A stretch of DNA of 64,000 bases. Source: Xylographa opegraphella. Taxonomy: Eukaryota. The DNA lies in the NCBI GenBank assembly GCA_022813865.1, contig JALDZX010000001.1:372001-436000 (forward strand), written 5' to 3'. Positions 37,718 to 49,631 of this stretch are shown in pieces; position 1 is the first letter of the stretch; each line of letters starts with the position of its first letter. The notes under the pieces were generated by a model. That model did no database searches. It saw only the letters and a program-made list of their open reading frames with translations, and was not told where the DNA came from. Made by a program: the position numbers and the translations under genes.

Positions 37718-38269
37718 ATGACCGAAACCGGTACCCCTCATGATATCCCCAGCGCCCAAACCCCCTCCCCCACCTCCCCCAAACCCAAACGCCCCGCCTC
37801 GCCATCCACGCACAACAAGCCATGCACCATATGCCAAACGCCACGCGACGTCCTCGTGCGGTGCCGCATCGACGAAACCCAGACCTGGCACCTCGTCTGT
37901 CCGGGGCAGTGCTGGCGCACCGTATCGGGCGGCCAGATCGACGGTCCGGACAGGCCGCATTACCGGTACGGCGGCATGTGGAAGAACAAGCACGCGGGCG
38001 TGAGCGCGAAGAAGCCGAAGGCGCGGAGCAAAAAGGGCGTAGGGGAGCCGGTTGTGAGGATGTGGAGTCCTCTACGGGTGAGGTATACGACGAACGACAG
38101 GGTGTGTTATCAAGACTTAGTGTGGTCGTGTAGGCAGAGCCACGAGAGCGGGGAGAAGAGTGCGCCCGATGTTGCGTATCGATATTGGAAAGAACATCCT
38201 GGCTCCGCATCCACGGTTGGCGTAGATGTGGAGGAAGCAGGGCATGATGAGGGAACGATTCCGCCCTGA
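37718..38269 (+). CDS. Small protein: Cys-motif domain (CxxC...CPGxCW...YxYGGMWK) plus C-terminal CBM5/12-like module
   Basis: 183 aa from ATG 37718 (ACAATG context); KPCTICQ..LVCPGQCW..YRYGGMWKNK; WSPLRVRYTTNDRVCYQDLVWSCRQSHES..PDVAYRYWK. Confidence 0.7.
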   Translation: MTETGTPHDIPSAQTPSPTSPKPKRPASPSTHNKPCTICQTPRDVLVRCRIDETQTWHLVCPGQCWRTVSGGQIDGPDRPHYRYGGMWKNKHAGVSAKKPKARSKKGVGEPVVRMWSPLRVRYTTNDRVCYQDLVWSCRQSHESGEKSAPDVAYRYWKEHPGSASTVGVDVEEAGHDEGTIPP

Positions 38270-38413
38270 GGCGATCGGATATACGGAGTACAGTGTGCAC
38301 GAATTGTATTCGAGCAAAAGCTTATTAAATCAGGCTATCGTGCCCTCAAGCTAGTCATAATGCATCGTCGTGGGACGTGATATCATCTGCAGAAATGGTC
38401 TATGCATCATCGT

Positions 38414-40490
38414 TCAATCGAATCGCTTCTGCTCCCCCATAATCCCGAGTTCCTTCTCGATACTCGCGAGTAGAGACGCAACACCAGAATCAGCGTACAC
38501 CCGGATAGACTCGACATCGCGACGCTCGGAACTGAACGATCGGTCCACCTTCTCAGGACTGCGTGGTGGTGTTTGCGCTTCCGCAGACCCGTTGCTTCTG
38601 GAGTCGTCAGGGATCCTGAGCATTGCAATCGCCGCTATGTGCTCGAGTAACTTTTGCCGAATCTGGTACCGACGGTCCTTCGCATGTTCCAGCTTGATGG
38701 CCCATTCGTCGATGGATACATCGAGCTCTATCAAGGCATCCTCCTGTTTGACGATATTTTCCATGGCGAATGTAGCTGGCCGGAGGGCGCTGAGGTAGGC
38801 GAAGATCCTATCATGTAGGCCGCGACGTCCTTCCCGCAAAGAGTCATATGTTTTCCGCAAATATTCGCACCGCTCATTCAAAATGTGCAGTTCCTGTGAC
38901 AAATCGGACACCTCCATTTCCCGCAGTACTCGGAAAGCTGCAGCTGACGCTTCCGCGTGCTTCTTCAAGTTTCGCAACTCGTCAATCGGGATAATGCTTA
39001 TAGCCTTTGCGTTACTGATGCCTTCCGGCAGATCACCAAATGCGGCCTTCGCCGCTCTATCGTCCTCGGTACATTTTTGCAAAATCCGTTGTAATGATGC
39101 ATCGGGTTTCCTTGTTGGACGACCACGATTGATGACAGAATTCTCCGACACGCCTCTTTGATGTCCCGTTTGTACAGGCTCTGGCGTGGATTTTCCGGAC
39201 TTCAGGGCGTTCATTGTCTTGATAGTGGCCGTCTCGTCGATCGACATGCCGAACCGCATCTGCCGAGATGGTGTTGAGCGGTGTTCTCGTGCAGACCATG
39301 GTGGCGATGATATTTGGTCGTTAGCCGTGCTGAAATCTCTTTGAAGTTTCTGCGGACTGGAGCTAGGGAATCCTGCGCTACGTATAGGTGCACTCCACGG
39401 CTTGTTCAACTTCGCATCATCTGGACTACCGTTCGCTGTTGTTAATGTGCCTCGAGTCTGTATAATGTGCACTGTTGAAGTTGAGTTGTTGGCGGACGCT
39501 AGAGATGATTTGATTGATTGCGGAAATGCCAAGGTCGCTTTGGCAGACTGCGGATATGCTCTGTTGATGGTTCTGGGAGACTTGGGAGGCACCTTCGGCG
39601 GTCGTCCTTCCTCCCGATACTCCTCTGAAGGCCGATATGCTTCAGCGGGGAGTATGCATAGATCGTTGGCCGGAATCACCAGAGGAGCAAGACCACAAGG
39701 TAAAAGTAGAGACGACGCTCTTCGAATTGATTTTCCGGTATCAAATTCCAAGCCGAGTTGATTGTCGTCCCCGTCGTGCTTGAGATTCGGTGCGCTTGTC
39801 ATTGCCCTTGGAGTCAAGCTACCTCTGTCCGCAGTGGCTGGACTGTTTTGTTCGCTTGGCTCCGGGGAGTTACGAGAGTTCGGTTGCGTGGGTGGCCGCC
39901 CGGGGATTGTGGCTGTGGATATCAGCTGTGTCGATCATGCGGTACGCACGGCACCAACTTACGTGAGTCCATTGAGCATTCTTGAACCGTGGTCATCTTG
40001 TCCAGCAATAGATCAGAAACACTACCTTTCCTCCGCCGTGGCAAGCATGAATCATGGTCAAGATGCTTCTGGTTCAGGCTGAAGCTGGAAGCGCTTTGAG
40101 CTTTCATTGGACTTCTCAGGTTTGGCGAAGGGTATGGCGAATCTTGGGGAGAACGATTTCGGTCCGACGATTCTTGGCTTCCCTTCCCTCTTCCAAAGCT
40201 GTCCCACTTGCGGTGAGTTTTTGGAACGGGCTTTTGTGCCGTTTGCTCTGCAGGGCGATTTCCTGCTGCTGCGTCTTCGCCAACCGGCTTCCTCTTGAGG
40301 GCATTTGAGTTGGTCCGCTGCTGATCAATTAGACGAGGGCACGCAAAACGACTGCTTCGCTGCGAGGACTTACAGAAAGTGGAGAAAGAGCCAACGGCTC
40401 TCGAGACATGAAGCTATTGAAGCCCTGACTCAGGTTGTTCAGACCTTGCAAGACGTTCGTCCGCCGGGATGACTCTACATTGACCGCCAT
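38414..40490 (-). CDS. Uds1 (up-regulated during septation) domain protein, 3 exons
   Basis: C-terminal EVSDLSQELHILNERCEYLRKTY...SIDEWAIKLE...RYQIRQKLLEHIAAI, ESIRVYADS; upstream exons join through GTAAGT introns to give MTTVQECSMDS|PTIPGRPP; start at 40490 or 40409. Confidence 0.78.
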
Positions 40491-40928
40491 TTGATACTTG
40501 AGGAGAAGTCCGTCTCGTATGAGATCCGAAACACCCTTTGGCCAAGAGGTGGGGGTTCGATTGAAGATTTATGGGAGCGTACGGTAGGCTGCGTCCAAGA
40601 TCAGATAGAGGTATGTAGGGCCACAGGCACGCTTATGTAGGGTGCAGCATGATGAGTGTAGTGCCTGCAGGGCTTTCATGCCCGCAGAGGGGCGATGAAC
40701 GCACTTCCTGCTGGACCGGAGCATGAAGCTAGATTGGGGCAAGCAGAGTCGGCTTTCCGTTGGAGGGCCCGTGTGGGCTCGAGAGTGTCTGGAGGTTGCT
40801 TGGGGGGGGCAGGAGGAGGAGGGGGCAGGGGATGGGCTTGACAGGTGGACGGGATGAAACGCCATGTGCGGTTCTCAGGGAGGAGCATGCATGAGCCAGA
40901 ATCGCTCCACCCCAGTGCCTCCGTACCT

Positions 40929-40952
40929 TAGTCCGTAGTCCGTAGTCCGTAG
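40929..40952. repeat. (TAGTCCG)3 short tandem repeat upstream of the Uds1-domain gene
   Basis: tagtccg tagtccg tagtccg tag read directly. Confidence 0.8.
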
Positions 40953-42704
40953 CAAGGGCCGACGGTGGCACTCAATGCAGCTGCTCTCTCGACATGCTTT
41001 CGTGTTACGCGACTTCGCGCCCCTCTGGGCCTTTTGGCACGGATGGAATTAAAGTTGGGCGTAAGAGTCAAGCGTTGTTCGGCGGAAGCTACACAGCGAT
41101 GCGCCGTGAAGTTTATCGCCGTCGCCGCGTCCCGTTGCGGATTCCCGTTGCTTAAGGCCGATCAGCTTGATCTCTCGATCGTCTTCCGGAGCCTAGAGAT
41201 TACTTGAATGATACGGGATTCATGGCGGAGTTTTCCACCTCTCCCCCATGGAGTGTGAAGTTACAGGCGGGGTTCGACGTCTGGCATGGCAGAGTACCTT
41301 AGGCTGTTCATCTGAGGACGGTCCCAGTCGAGGCCTCAGCCAAGGGGGCCTCGTATCTATCCCGGGCTACCTAGTCCATGATGATATAGCATTCTGTGTT
41401 TTCTATTGTTTCGTGCTCCTTATTTGCTCCTCGTTTCGCGGACCTAGAGGACCTTAGGTTCATTGCCAGATCGTGAGACTGGTGAGGTCGAGCTAGTCCA
41501 GACTCACAATCACAAAAAAATCAAATGAAGTGATGAGATAGGGTCACCGTCCGCCACTTTCGCCGACTCTGCCATGTGGTTCGGAAATATCGCTCAGCAT
41601 GAACGACAACGGTAGATGGGATGGCCTACGACGCAAAGGGCAAGAGTCGCTGTGACGGCGCACGCATGCTTTAGCTACCCCTCTTAGCCAGGCACAGGCT
41701 GGAGCTTCGTGTGGACGCCGTGGCGCACCGCTACACCCACACGAGGGATGAGGTAGGAGTAAGCGTCAACGGCTCCGATCTCAGTCGTTCCATGCTCTGG
41801 CCCTTGGTGTTGCAGCCGGTAAGCGGTTTAATCACTTCCGTGATTGGGTCAGAACCTACGGTAACTTTGCCCAGAGAGCCCCCCTCTTCGCTACGGCATA
41901 TCTTTTTGCTCTGGCTACGACAAGACAAATTGAAACCGGCCCCGAAAGAATCAAGCTTCATCACGGTACTTGGCCATAGATTTGGCTGTTTCAGCAAATC
42001 GGCTGGGTCGAGACAACCGCCACAACGTGGATGTCATAATAACAATGCACAGGGGGCGTTCGGGATATGAAGCTGGTTGTTATTGGAGGCACGGGGCCTG
42101 GACCGCGGCAACGTGGTCCACCAGTGGGCAGCACTGTGGCGAGCTTTCTCCAAACTTCTCGCCCACTGAATCTTGCCTGATCTCTACGCCGTTGACCAAG
42201 CGGGCGATCGCGAACGATTGCGACACTCAACAACCAAACCACACAGCCTGAGATGGGGGGACCGAGCAGTGAAGCAGCCCGTGATCGCTTGCTCTTTCGT
42301 CCGATGTTTTCTCACCTCTCGATCCTGGGAAAGTCAAAAATGCTGACCAGACGAGCGCCATGGTACGACGTGCAGCAGTCGCAGCATGATGGCATCTGTA
42401 AGGTAAGGTACCTAAGTAGGTACCGGAGAAAGTCAACATCCAAGACTACTGCAACAGCTGGCCCCGTTCCGGCACACTTTTGCAGCATTCCAGGAGGCGT
42501 CGCAGGGGTGGAGGGGGGATTGAAGCATCTCAAGTCGAACTTGTCCACAACCGGGGCAAAGGTCGAAGCTTGAAACGACGATTGGCTTCGCGTGCTTCGG
42601 CTGGACGAACAACTTCCCGGGGCCCCTGCCCGCGCTCTCCCCGCCGGGACATGCCCCCCTAAAGCCCCCTAAAGTACCGTAGTCGAAGCTTGACGCAGCC
42701 AGCG

Positions 42705-42762
42705 AGCACCAGCACCAGCATCAGCGCCAGCACCAGCACCAGCACCAGTACCAGCACCAGTA
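42705..42762. repeat. Imperfect (AGCACC)n hexamer microsatellite, ~9 units
   Basis: agcacc agcacc agcatc agcgcc agcacc agcacc agcacc agtacc agcacc agta. Confidence 0.9.
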
Positions 42763-45128
42763 AGGTACTACTCCTACACAGTAAGGTACAGTACTACTAG
42801 ATACCGGATCCACTTCTCCCCCCATCCACAAACTGCTGGAACGACTTCCGGATGATTCCTTCTCTCCATCGACCTAAGCCTCTACCAACAGCTCTCCACC
42901 ACCCCTCGCACAATGTGATGGTACCCTGCCGAACAATAATAATGGTAATGCCCTCCTTCTCATTGACCAATTTGCTGACAGACTTTGCTCCTAGTCATTC
43001 AAAGTTCAAGTCGTGGATAGCTTGTCCTCATACCTTGAAACATGTCTACTCCATCATCGTCACAATCCAATTTCGTCCGTGACCAAGAAAAGTCTCTCGA
43101 GGTTCTAGTCGGATCGAGTATCTCTCCCTTCTGTGCCACGGTTACCGTCGATGACAGCCAGCCCCCGTGGAGATCTATTCTCCGATCATTCATTCTCCAC
43201 CGCAATCCAACGATGGATACGTGATTCCGACCCCCCTCCCTTCCCTCATGGCGCAGGCACGGCAGGTTATGTGACTTTACGACACCACAATCTCTATGCA
43301 TGTCGTCTGTGCAGATTGCGTTACCAATCATCTGTGCCCCGTACCCGCCATCACTCATGCATGCATCATGTATGTAAGGGCGGGAGTCATCCGGTGATTA
43401 AATAAGGTGTGGTGGGACCGATCATGTATGCTTGCGGCACCAGCTTCCAAGCCTTCAAATCCCATCCTTTGGCTTGCGGATTGACTGCGCATCCTTTTTC
43501 GTCTCTCATGCTGTATCTATAAGCTGTGCGTGCTGCATTCCCAGGCAAACCGTGGGCGACAAGCCCTTCCAGTTTCGCACTTTTTCCAATGCACCTGTTG
43601 ATGGATCACCCGAGTGCTACCTGATCTTACGCACATGATTCGCCCAGCGGAATGCTTGTTTGAGTGCGATGTCTACAGCACGATTGATGTGACATCGGGT
43701 GCCGGTGATTGGTGTGACATCTTTCTTGCTATTCCCAAGACCGGGCCTGGACCAACCACAAGGGATTTCAAAGAGCCAAAACATCCTCATTCATGATCGC
43801 TATGTTAGCTCTTGGCTCGTGGGCGTTGCCTACTTTGAATGAAGTGCATCGTCGTCGCGTCTGCTGAGCCTCAACCCGAGAAAACAGGCATGCAAGTCGC
43901 AATGCTTCGAGACTTGACTCATTCCCTGCTCCACGGCGTATAGGATGTCGTCTTGATTGCTTGCATGCACAGCCTCGCAACTTTGACGGTGCAGTCCTGA
44001 TATTTCGGGATCAAATGACCATCCAAACAAGGCCGTTCAGCGGCGCATGTTCGTCCTCATACACCTGCGCCCCTTGCAATTCATTGATCAACGGAGTATT
44101 CCGTCATCTAGAGACCTTCTTATCGCTACGTTCTTATCGGATCTCTCAGTACTCATTGTCGGTGAGAGGCGGTGCCCGTGGTTGGCAACCCTGAAACGAT
44201 CTCCCTTGCGGCACAGACCGAGCCATGTAACCAGGAAGAGCTTATCTCGGTCGCGGCCGAGAATCATCAAGGATCCTCACGTGTGAATCCCAAGGATGAC
44301 GCACTCGAAATATGGCTACTGCAACCGTGAAGTCGTCAGCACGGCGGGGTCCTTCAGGTGATCAGATCAATGGCCTCGGCCAGTCTGGCTAGCGCAAACT
44401 TGCCGTACTATACATGAGTTGTATGGAATATTCCATGAGTCTAGGAGCCGCTTTCTCATGCTTTATCCGACGGCAGAAGACGCCATCAGCGGCGTACGCG
44501 CCAAGATGCAGGTCATTGAATCGATGCAAATTGAGAAAACCAACATCGTTCCGTGTGTGCTCGAGTAACTATCTGCCGTGTTCGTTGGCAATGGCGAAGT
44601 GCACGGCACACACGGTGATGGTCGACGCTTGACGCACTCTCCCATGCTACAGAGCAGACACCGACCAGACGTCTCCAAGCGTGTCATGCGTGCATATCCA
44701 GTGCATACGTAGCATGTCGCGCAACTACCAACTCGAAGCGAATGTCCAGGTGCCGGGTCGGAATATGCCTCAAACGGGAGCATCTGTGAAGAACAAGCGA
44801 GCTATTCGTGTACGCGAGCCTCGGCATAATACAAATATTCCTTTTCTCGTCACCATGCCATACCTCCGACGTCCGAGCGGAGCCAGGATTAGAGTCACAG
44901 GTCAGCCGCAACTGATAGGCACTTATGTCTGAAAATCTATGTGAAGAAGATGAATGTCCATTGGTCCGGCAATATTGCATACATGAAACAAAATAGTACA
45001 CAACTATCGACCAATCCATCATCACCGCATGTTCGCATGCTTCCGGAAAGCGTTTCTTCTCCAAGCACCGACCCTCCGGAACTCCACTCGTTCGCTACCG
45101 CCATCGAGTCCATAGGTGGATGTCGCAC

Positions 45129-45971
45129 CTATAGCTCACTGAGTACCGATTCTTCCGAGACCCCACGGCCGTTGCCGCCTCCCTGGGGGCGCCGCCGTCT
45201 TCGCCCCTGACCACCTCCGCGTCTGTTCATGCGGCCTCCCTGGCCTCGGCTCATCCCGCCAGATCTCCTGGCTCCTGCACGTTCGCCTCCCATCGAAGCC
45301 TCCAACTCGGAAGCTTCCGTCGTAGACTCTCCGATATCAGACTCCTCGATCTCAGTTACCATGCCTGGGCGCGCTCCTCGCGAGCGTCCGCCCCTGCCAC
45401 CGCCTCGTCCTCTTCCAGCACGCCCATGTCCGGACGTTTCTGCGGCCAAGGATTCTGTATCGTTGTGACGTCGCCCACTGCGAAGGCCTGCGCCGTGGCC
45501 GGTCCCCCGGCGGCCACCTGCAGCTCCTCCGGTCCTCGTTCCCCTTTGGTGTGCGCCGGTGTCAGCCATGGACGTGAGTCGATCTTGTGCGGCGTCAAGG
45601 ATGGGGTACAAGTCCTCGCCCCAGAATAGTTCGAAGCCGGTGTCAAAGTCGATCATCTCATCGCCATGGGCGCCACGGCCACGACGGCGACCATCGGGAT
45701 CATAGGCACTACGTCCGTACATACCGCCGCCATCATATTCGTCGTCGTCGTCTTCGTCGCCGTACATGCCGCCGCCGTATCCTCCATAGTCATATTCGTC
45801 GTCATATGCTCCGCCGTATCCACCGCCTCCGTACATACCACCTCCGTATCTGCCTCCATACCCACCACCTCCGTATCCGCCTCCATACCCACCACCTCCG
45901 TATCCGCCTCCATACCCACCACCTCCGTATCCGCCTCCGTATCCGTCACCATGGCCGTAGCCTCTGTACAT
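45129..45971 (-). CDS. Gly/Tyr-rich, RGG-containing low-complexity protein
   Basis: 280-aa ORF from ATG; N-terminal YGGG repeats, acidic segment, short ordered-looking IDFDTGFELFWGEDLYPILDAAQDRL, RGRGGGRGGRSRG tail. Confidence 0.65.
   Translation of the reverse strand: MYRGYGHGDGYGGGYGGGGYGGGYGGGGYGGGYGGGGYGGRYGGGMYGGGGYGGAYDDEYDYGGYGGGMYGDEDDDDEYDGGGMYGRSAYDPDGRRRGRGAHGDEMIDFDTGFELFWGEDLYPILDAAQDRLTSMADTGAHQRGTRTGGAAGGRRGTGHGAGLRSGRRHNDTESLAAETSGHGRAGRGRGGGRGGRSRGARPGMVTEIEESDIGESTTEASELEASMGGERAGARRSGGMSRGQGGRMNRRGGGQGRRRRRPQGGGNGRGVSEESVLSEL
45841..45940. repeat. 27-bp coding tandem repeat (~3.7 copies) encoding YGGGYGGGG on the - strand
   Basis: unit cctccgtatccgcctccatacccacca at 45841 (one mismatch), 45868, 45895 and partial at 45922. 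Confidence 0.9.
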
Positions 45972-47548
45972 GATGTAGGTGTCAGGTCTTCTTCAACAAT
46001 TTAGTGTTTGATGCTTTGTCTTTTCAGGTTCCAAACAAAATGTAATGATTCTGTATCGTTCGTGATGAGTGAGATGATATCGAGTATTGGTTTTGATACA
46101 GAAGATGCGAGGTAAGAGTTGTAAGAAGAGGAAGAAAGAGAACTGGTACAGGAAGACCGACGCGCACTATATAGGGTGCGATGGGTCCCCATGGGGAGTC
46201 ATGGGGCTTGACCAGCGTTTGCTATGTGTGTCTCCGTGAGTCTTTCGAGCGAGGGAGAGAGACTTTGACTCAACAGGATGCTGGCGAATTTCTGGTAGGT
46301 GACCCATTTTCATACTCTGAGTTGATCCCCTTTCAAACACGCGAGGACGCAGAGGCGATGGGACTGTGGATCATGCGAATGCGCATAGTGGTGATTGTAA
46401 AGGCTGTTTGCTTGTTCGTGCCTTCTTTCGTTTGATATGCTTGGAAGGAGAGCGTGACACGTGATTTGAGTCATTGTGAGGTTACCTATGTTTCTGGGCG
46501 GAGCATCAAAGTGCCTGGGACGGGAGTTCCTGAAGCTCGTTACGAAAAGACGCATATGCATACCGTGCATAGATGGTTCTGGACAGCCATATCCCAGGCA
46601 TTAAGGTGACGGAAGGTTCCATTCTCCACAAGCCAAAGCTAGGGGCCCAAACATACACCCCTTGTGCCTTTCCCCTCCACCGAAAAGCCTTCCCGCGAAC
46701 AAGGAAACCAAAAAGCCCGACAACCGTGAGGATCGAACGGCGTACCTACCTCCCGGAGGCAAAAGCTCAAGGACCCGGACGTCCTCTGCGAAACTCACCC
46801 CACCGGAAGGGGGAGGGCGGGTCTTTGTTTACTGGTCATGCGGAATAATCGTCGAAGTGGGTTCATGTTAGCCCGAGCGAACGAGACCCCCGTCCAGACC
46901 ACGCGGTGTGGTCGTCCAGGCTTGTTGGGGATGGGGTGTCTTGTTGTTTCTTATATCTATTCCTCCCCCTTCCGGGTTTGAGATGTCGGTTCGACGTGCC
47001 ACCGAGTGCATGCTTCGCTTGAATTCCTTTGCACGACGTACTCTTAAATTTTATGTAGGCGGGACTTGCTTAATGGATTACTTGAGTGGGTTTTTTTATC
47101 TCGTGCCGTTTCGTTGCTTTTCAGTCGAGCGCATTATTTTCCTGTCTGCAATGAAGTACGTGGTTTTCTAGTATGTGCAGCAAGCATGTATCGATCAAGG
47201 CCGTTCTCGGTATATACCTCCGTGACGGGAAAAACCCAGTTCGCAGATTGTCTGTGTCGATCGTATTGGCAGTCAGGATCGTTACTATGTCTGATGAAGA
47301 ACAAAAAATAATTGGTAGAGCCGCCTCCCGAATGACACTTCTTCGCAACGAGGTCTTCAAGCAATGCAGCGATTGCTTTTTCGCACCTACGGGGCCCCAG
47401 ATGACAGGAAGGATCAAAGCCCACAACGTAGCCCCCCTGTCACACCTCCATGCCTCCCCTTCCACGCACGCTCGTGATCTCAACAAAGCCATTGCCAATA
47501 CGCCAGGTCGATCGGAGCCACGAGCACCAGCCCAAGAAACTAGCTCAT

Positions 47549-47579
47549 ATACATACATACATACATACATACATACATA
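47549..47579. repeat. (ACAT)7 tetranucleotide microsatellite
   Basis: acatacatacatacatacatacatacat read directly. Confidence 0.95.
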
Positions 47580-47750
47580 AACTTAATACAAAATAAAAAG
47601 TACCCCTACCCCTACCCACACCACCAAACCCCCCATCCACCCAGCACGCCCAAATACGCCCCACCTTCCACCCATCAAGATCAAGCCCCCTCCCTCCCCT
47701 CCTCCCCTTCCTGTCTCCTCCACCGGACCAGGCTCAGGCCGCACCCCGAT

Positions 47751-48354
47751 CTACCGACCCCCCTTCCAAAACATAGCATTCGGATCATCCTTCGTACCCA
47801 CGCCCGTATACCTCGGGTTCACAGCCGCTCCATGCCCGCCCGCCGAGCCATGCCCGCCCGCCGACCCCGCCGCACTATGTCTCGCCGAGCCCCCGCCTCC
47901 AGATCCATGACTCGCCGACCCCCTGCCACCCGCGCTATGCCCCCCCACCATGGGCCCCCCTCCCCCTCACCGGCATCGGCCTCCGATACACCGTCGGCCG
48001 CGGCGCGGCGCCCGCTCCGCGGAAGAGATGGCTCCCCCCGCCACCGCGGTGGGTGCCGTGTTTGGTGTGTTCCCCGCCGTGCCGGGTGGCGTGGGAGCCG
48101 CCTTCTGAGCCGCCGCTCTTGCCGTCGAGGTGGAGGTCCGGGGCTTCGTCTGCGCCTTCGGCTTCAGCGGCGTCGTGTGCTGCGGCGTTGTATGCGGCTT
48201 TGTTGCGGCCGCGGAGGGGGGCGTGTTTGGGCCATGCGGAGGAGGGGTGGCGGGAACGGTGAGGGGGAGCGTTGGAGGCGTGGGCTTGGCGGAGCGCTTT
48301 TTCGTGGCGCTCTTGGGCTTGCATTTTGCGGGCTTGGTGGAGGAGGTTGAGCAT
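47751..48354 (-). CDS. Possible Gly/His/Ala-rich orphan protein split by a 1-nt frameshift
   Basis: Overlapping ORFs 47935-48354 and 47751-47951 have the same composition and would fuse with a one-base change in the G7 run at 47940-47946. Confidence 0.4.
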
Positions 48355-49631
48355 GTGGGTAGTTGGTGTTGGAGGCCTTGATGAGGATGATGGAAAGTGT
48401 GCCGGGGGGGTGGTTGGTTGGTTGGGTGTGAAAGGGAGAGAAGATGGATGGAGAGAGGAGAGAGAAGAAGATTTTATGTAGGTTGGAGTGGAGGGATGAG
48501 GAGTCAGGCGGCTGTAGGAGAGTGTGTCATGACAGTCGCTATGATGAGGGTACTATATGAGTGAGTCGCGGTGTGGGTCATATCACGCGCTCTGGTCGTG
48601 CATGCAAGTAAAAGCACTTGAGACGACAAATTGTCGAGCAAACATGTTCGTCTCCTCTGCTCTAAGATAGCATGCGTTCGGAACCGGAGTAGGTGTGATG
48701 GCTGAGAGACGCGGGCGCGGTTGGTCTGCGCAAATCGGTGCCGCATGGCTATTAATGTACGTACCCTACGTCTTTCACAATTCCGAAGCGTCGTAGGATG
48801 TAGTATTCAGGTACATTGCGGGTCATGGTGTGCGGCAGATATCGATGATATATATATGTGATGATATTGACAAGGCCCGGTACAAAGAATTATAGATATT
48901 TTGTTGCAAGTGTAGGAATCAAGACAAAAGCCGCAGATGAAGGAAAACACGGGGGAAATGAGGACGAGAGACGTGCGTAGAGACCTCAGAAATCGAGATG
49001 AGGACTCCTAAGGAGTGGATTCACGGCCCGTGACCGGTGTGGTCGGTGAGTCGTATACGTAATCATTGACAGTTTTGAACTCTCGCAAGGAAGAAAAGGC
49101 TGAAGAGCATGTAAGAAGTAAAAATCGCCGCGAGCATCCGATGGATCTGGGGTGGTTGGATCTGTTCTTTAGTAGGGACCGAACGCACCTGCCTCCAAAG
49201 CAATCTGAAATGGACGCTGTTTTTGCCAAAGGCCAAAGGGATCAAACCAATAATCTACCGAGAGCGAGCAAAAATGCAAAAAAACGTATCTAACCCGAGG
49301 GGTGTCAATCAGAAGCGGCCAGGTAAGAGGCTTGGTCTTTTTGCTGATCCGAACGGGAATTTAATCCGAGAGGTAGGATTTTTCGGTCTGATAGTCATCA
49401 CTCTGCAGTCGATCTGCGGCATCTGGTACCTTTTACCGGCCTCCTACTCTTTTCGTAAGCACTCAGCCCACATCCAGTAAGAACACATTCATAACAATTA
49501 TTTCCATCCTTTCACCTGAGATATCAACCAAACGTTGCAAAATTGCAAAAGGACACAAAAACATACTGTACCAGTATCCAGTATTTCATCCGAAATCAGA
49601 AGTCGTTAACAAGGCCTGTACTGTTGGCCGA

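Noticed and set aside
49317..49441. Imperfect 13-bp inverted repeat downstream of the DCL2 stop, with words resembling the U1 5' end (CTTACCTGG on -) and U5 loop (CCTTTTAC)
   Set aside because: Stem is short with a ~100-nt loop, and flanks do not match the U1 or U5 consensus; no support for an snRNA or Dicer substrate without an Rfam or folding analysis
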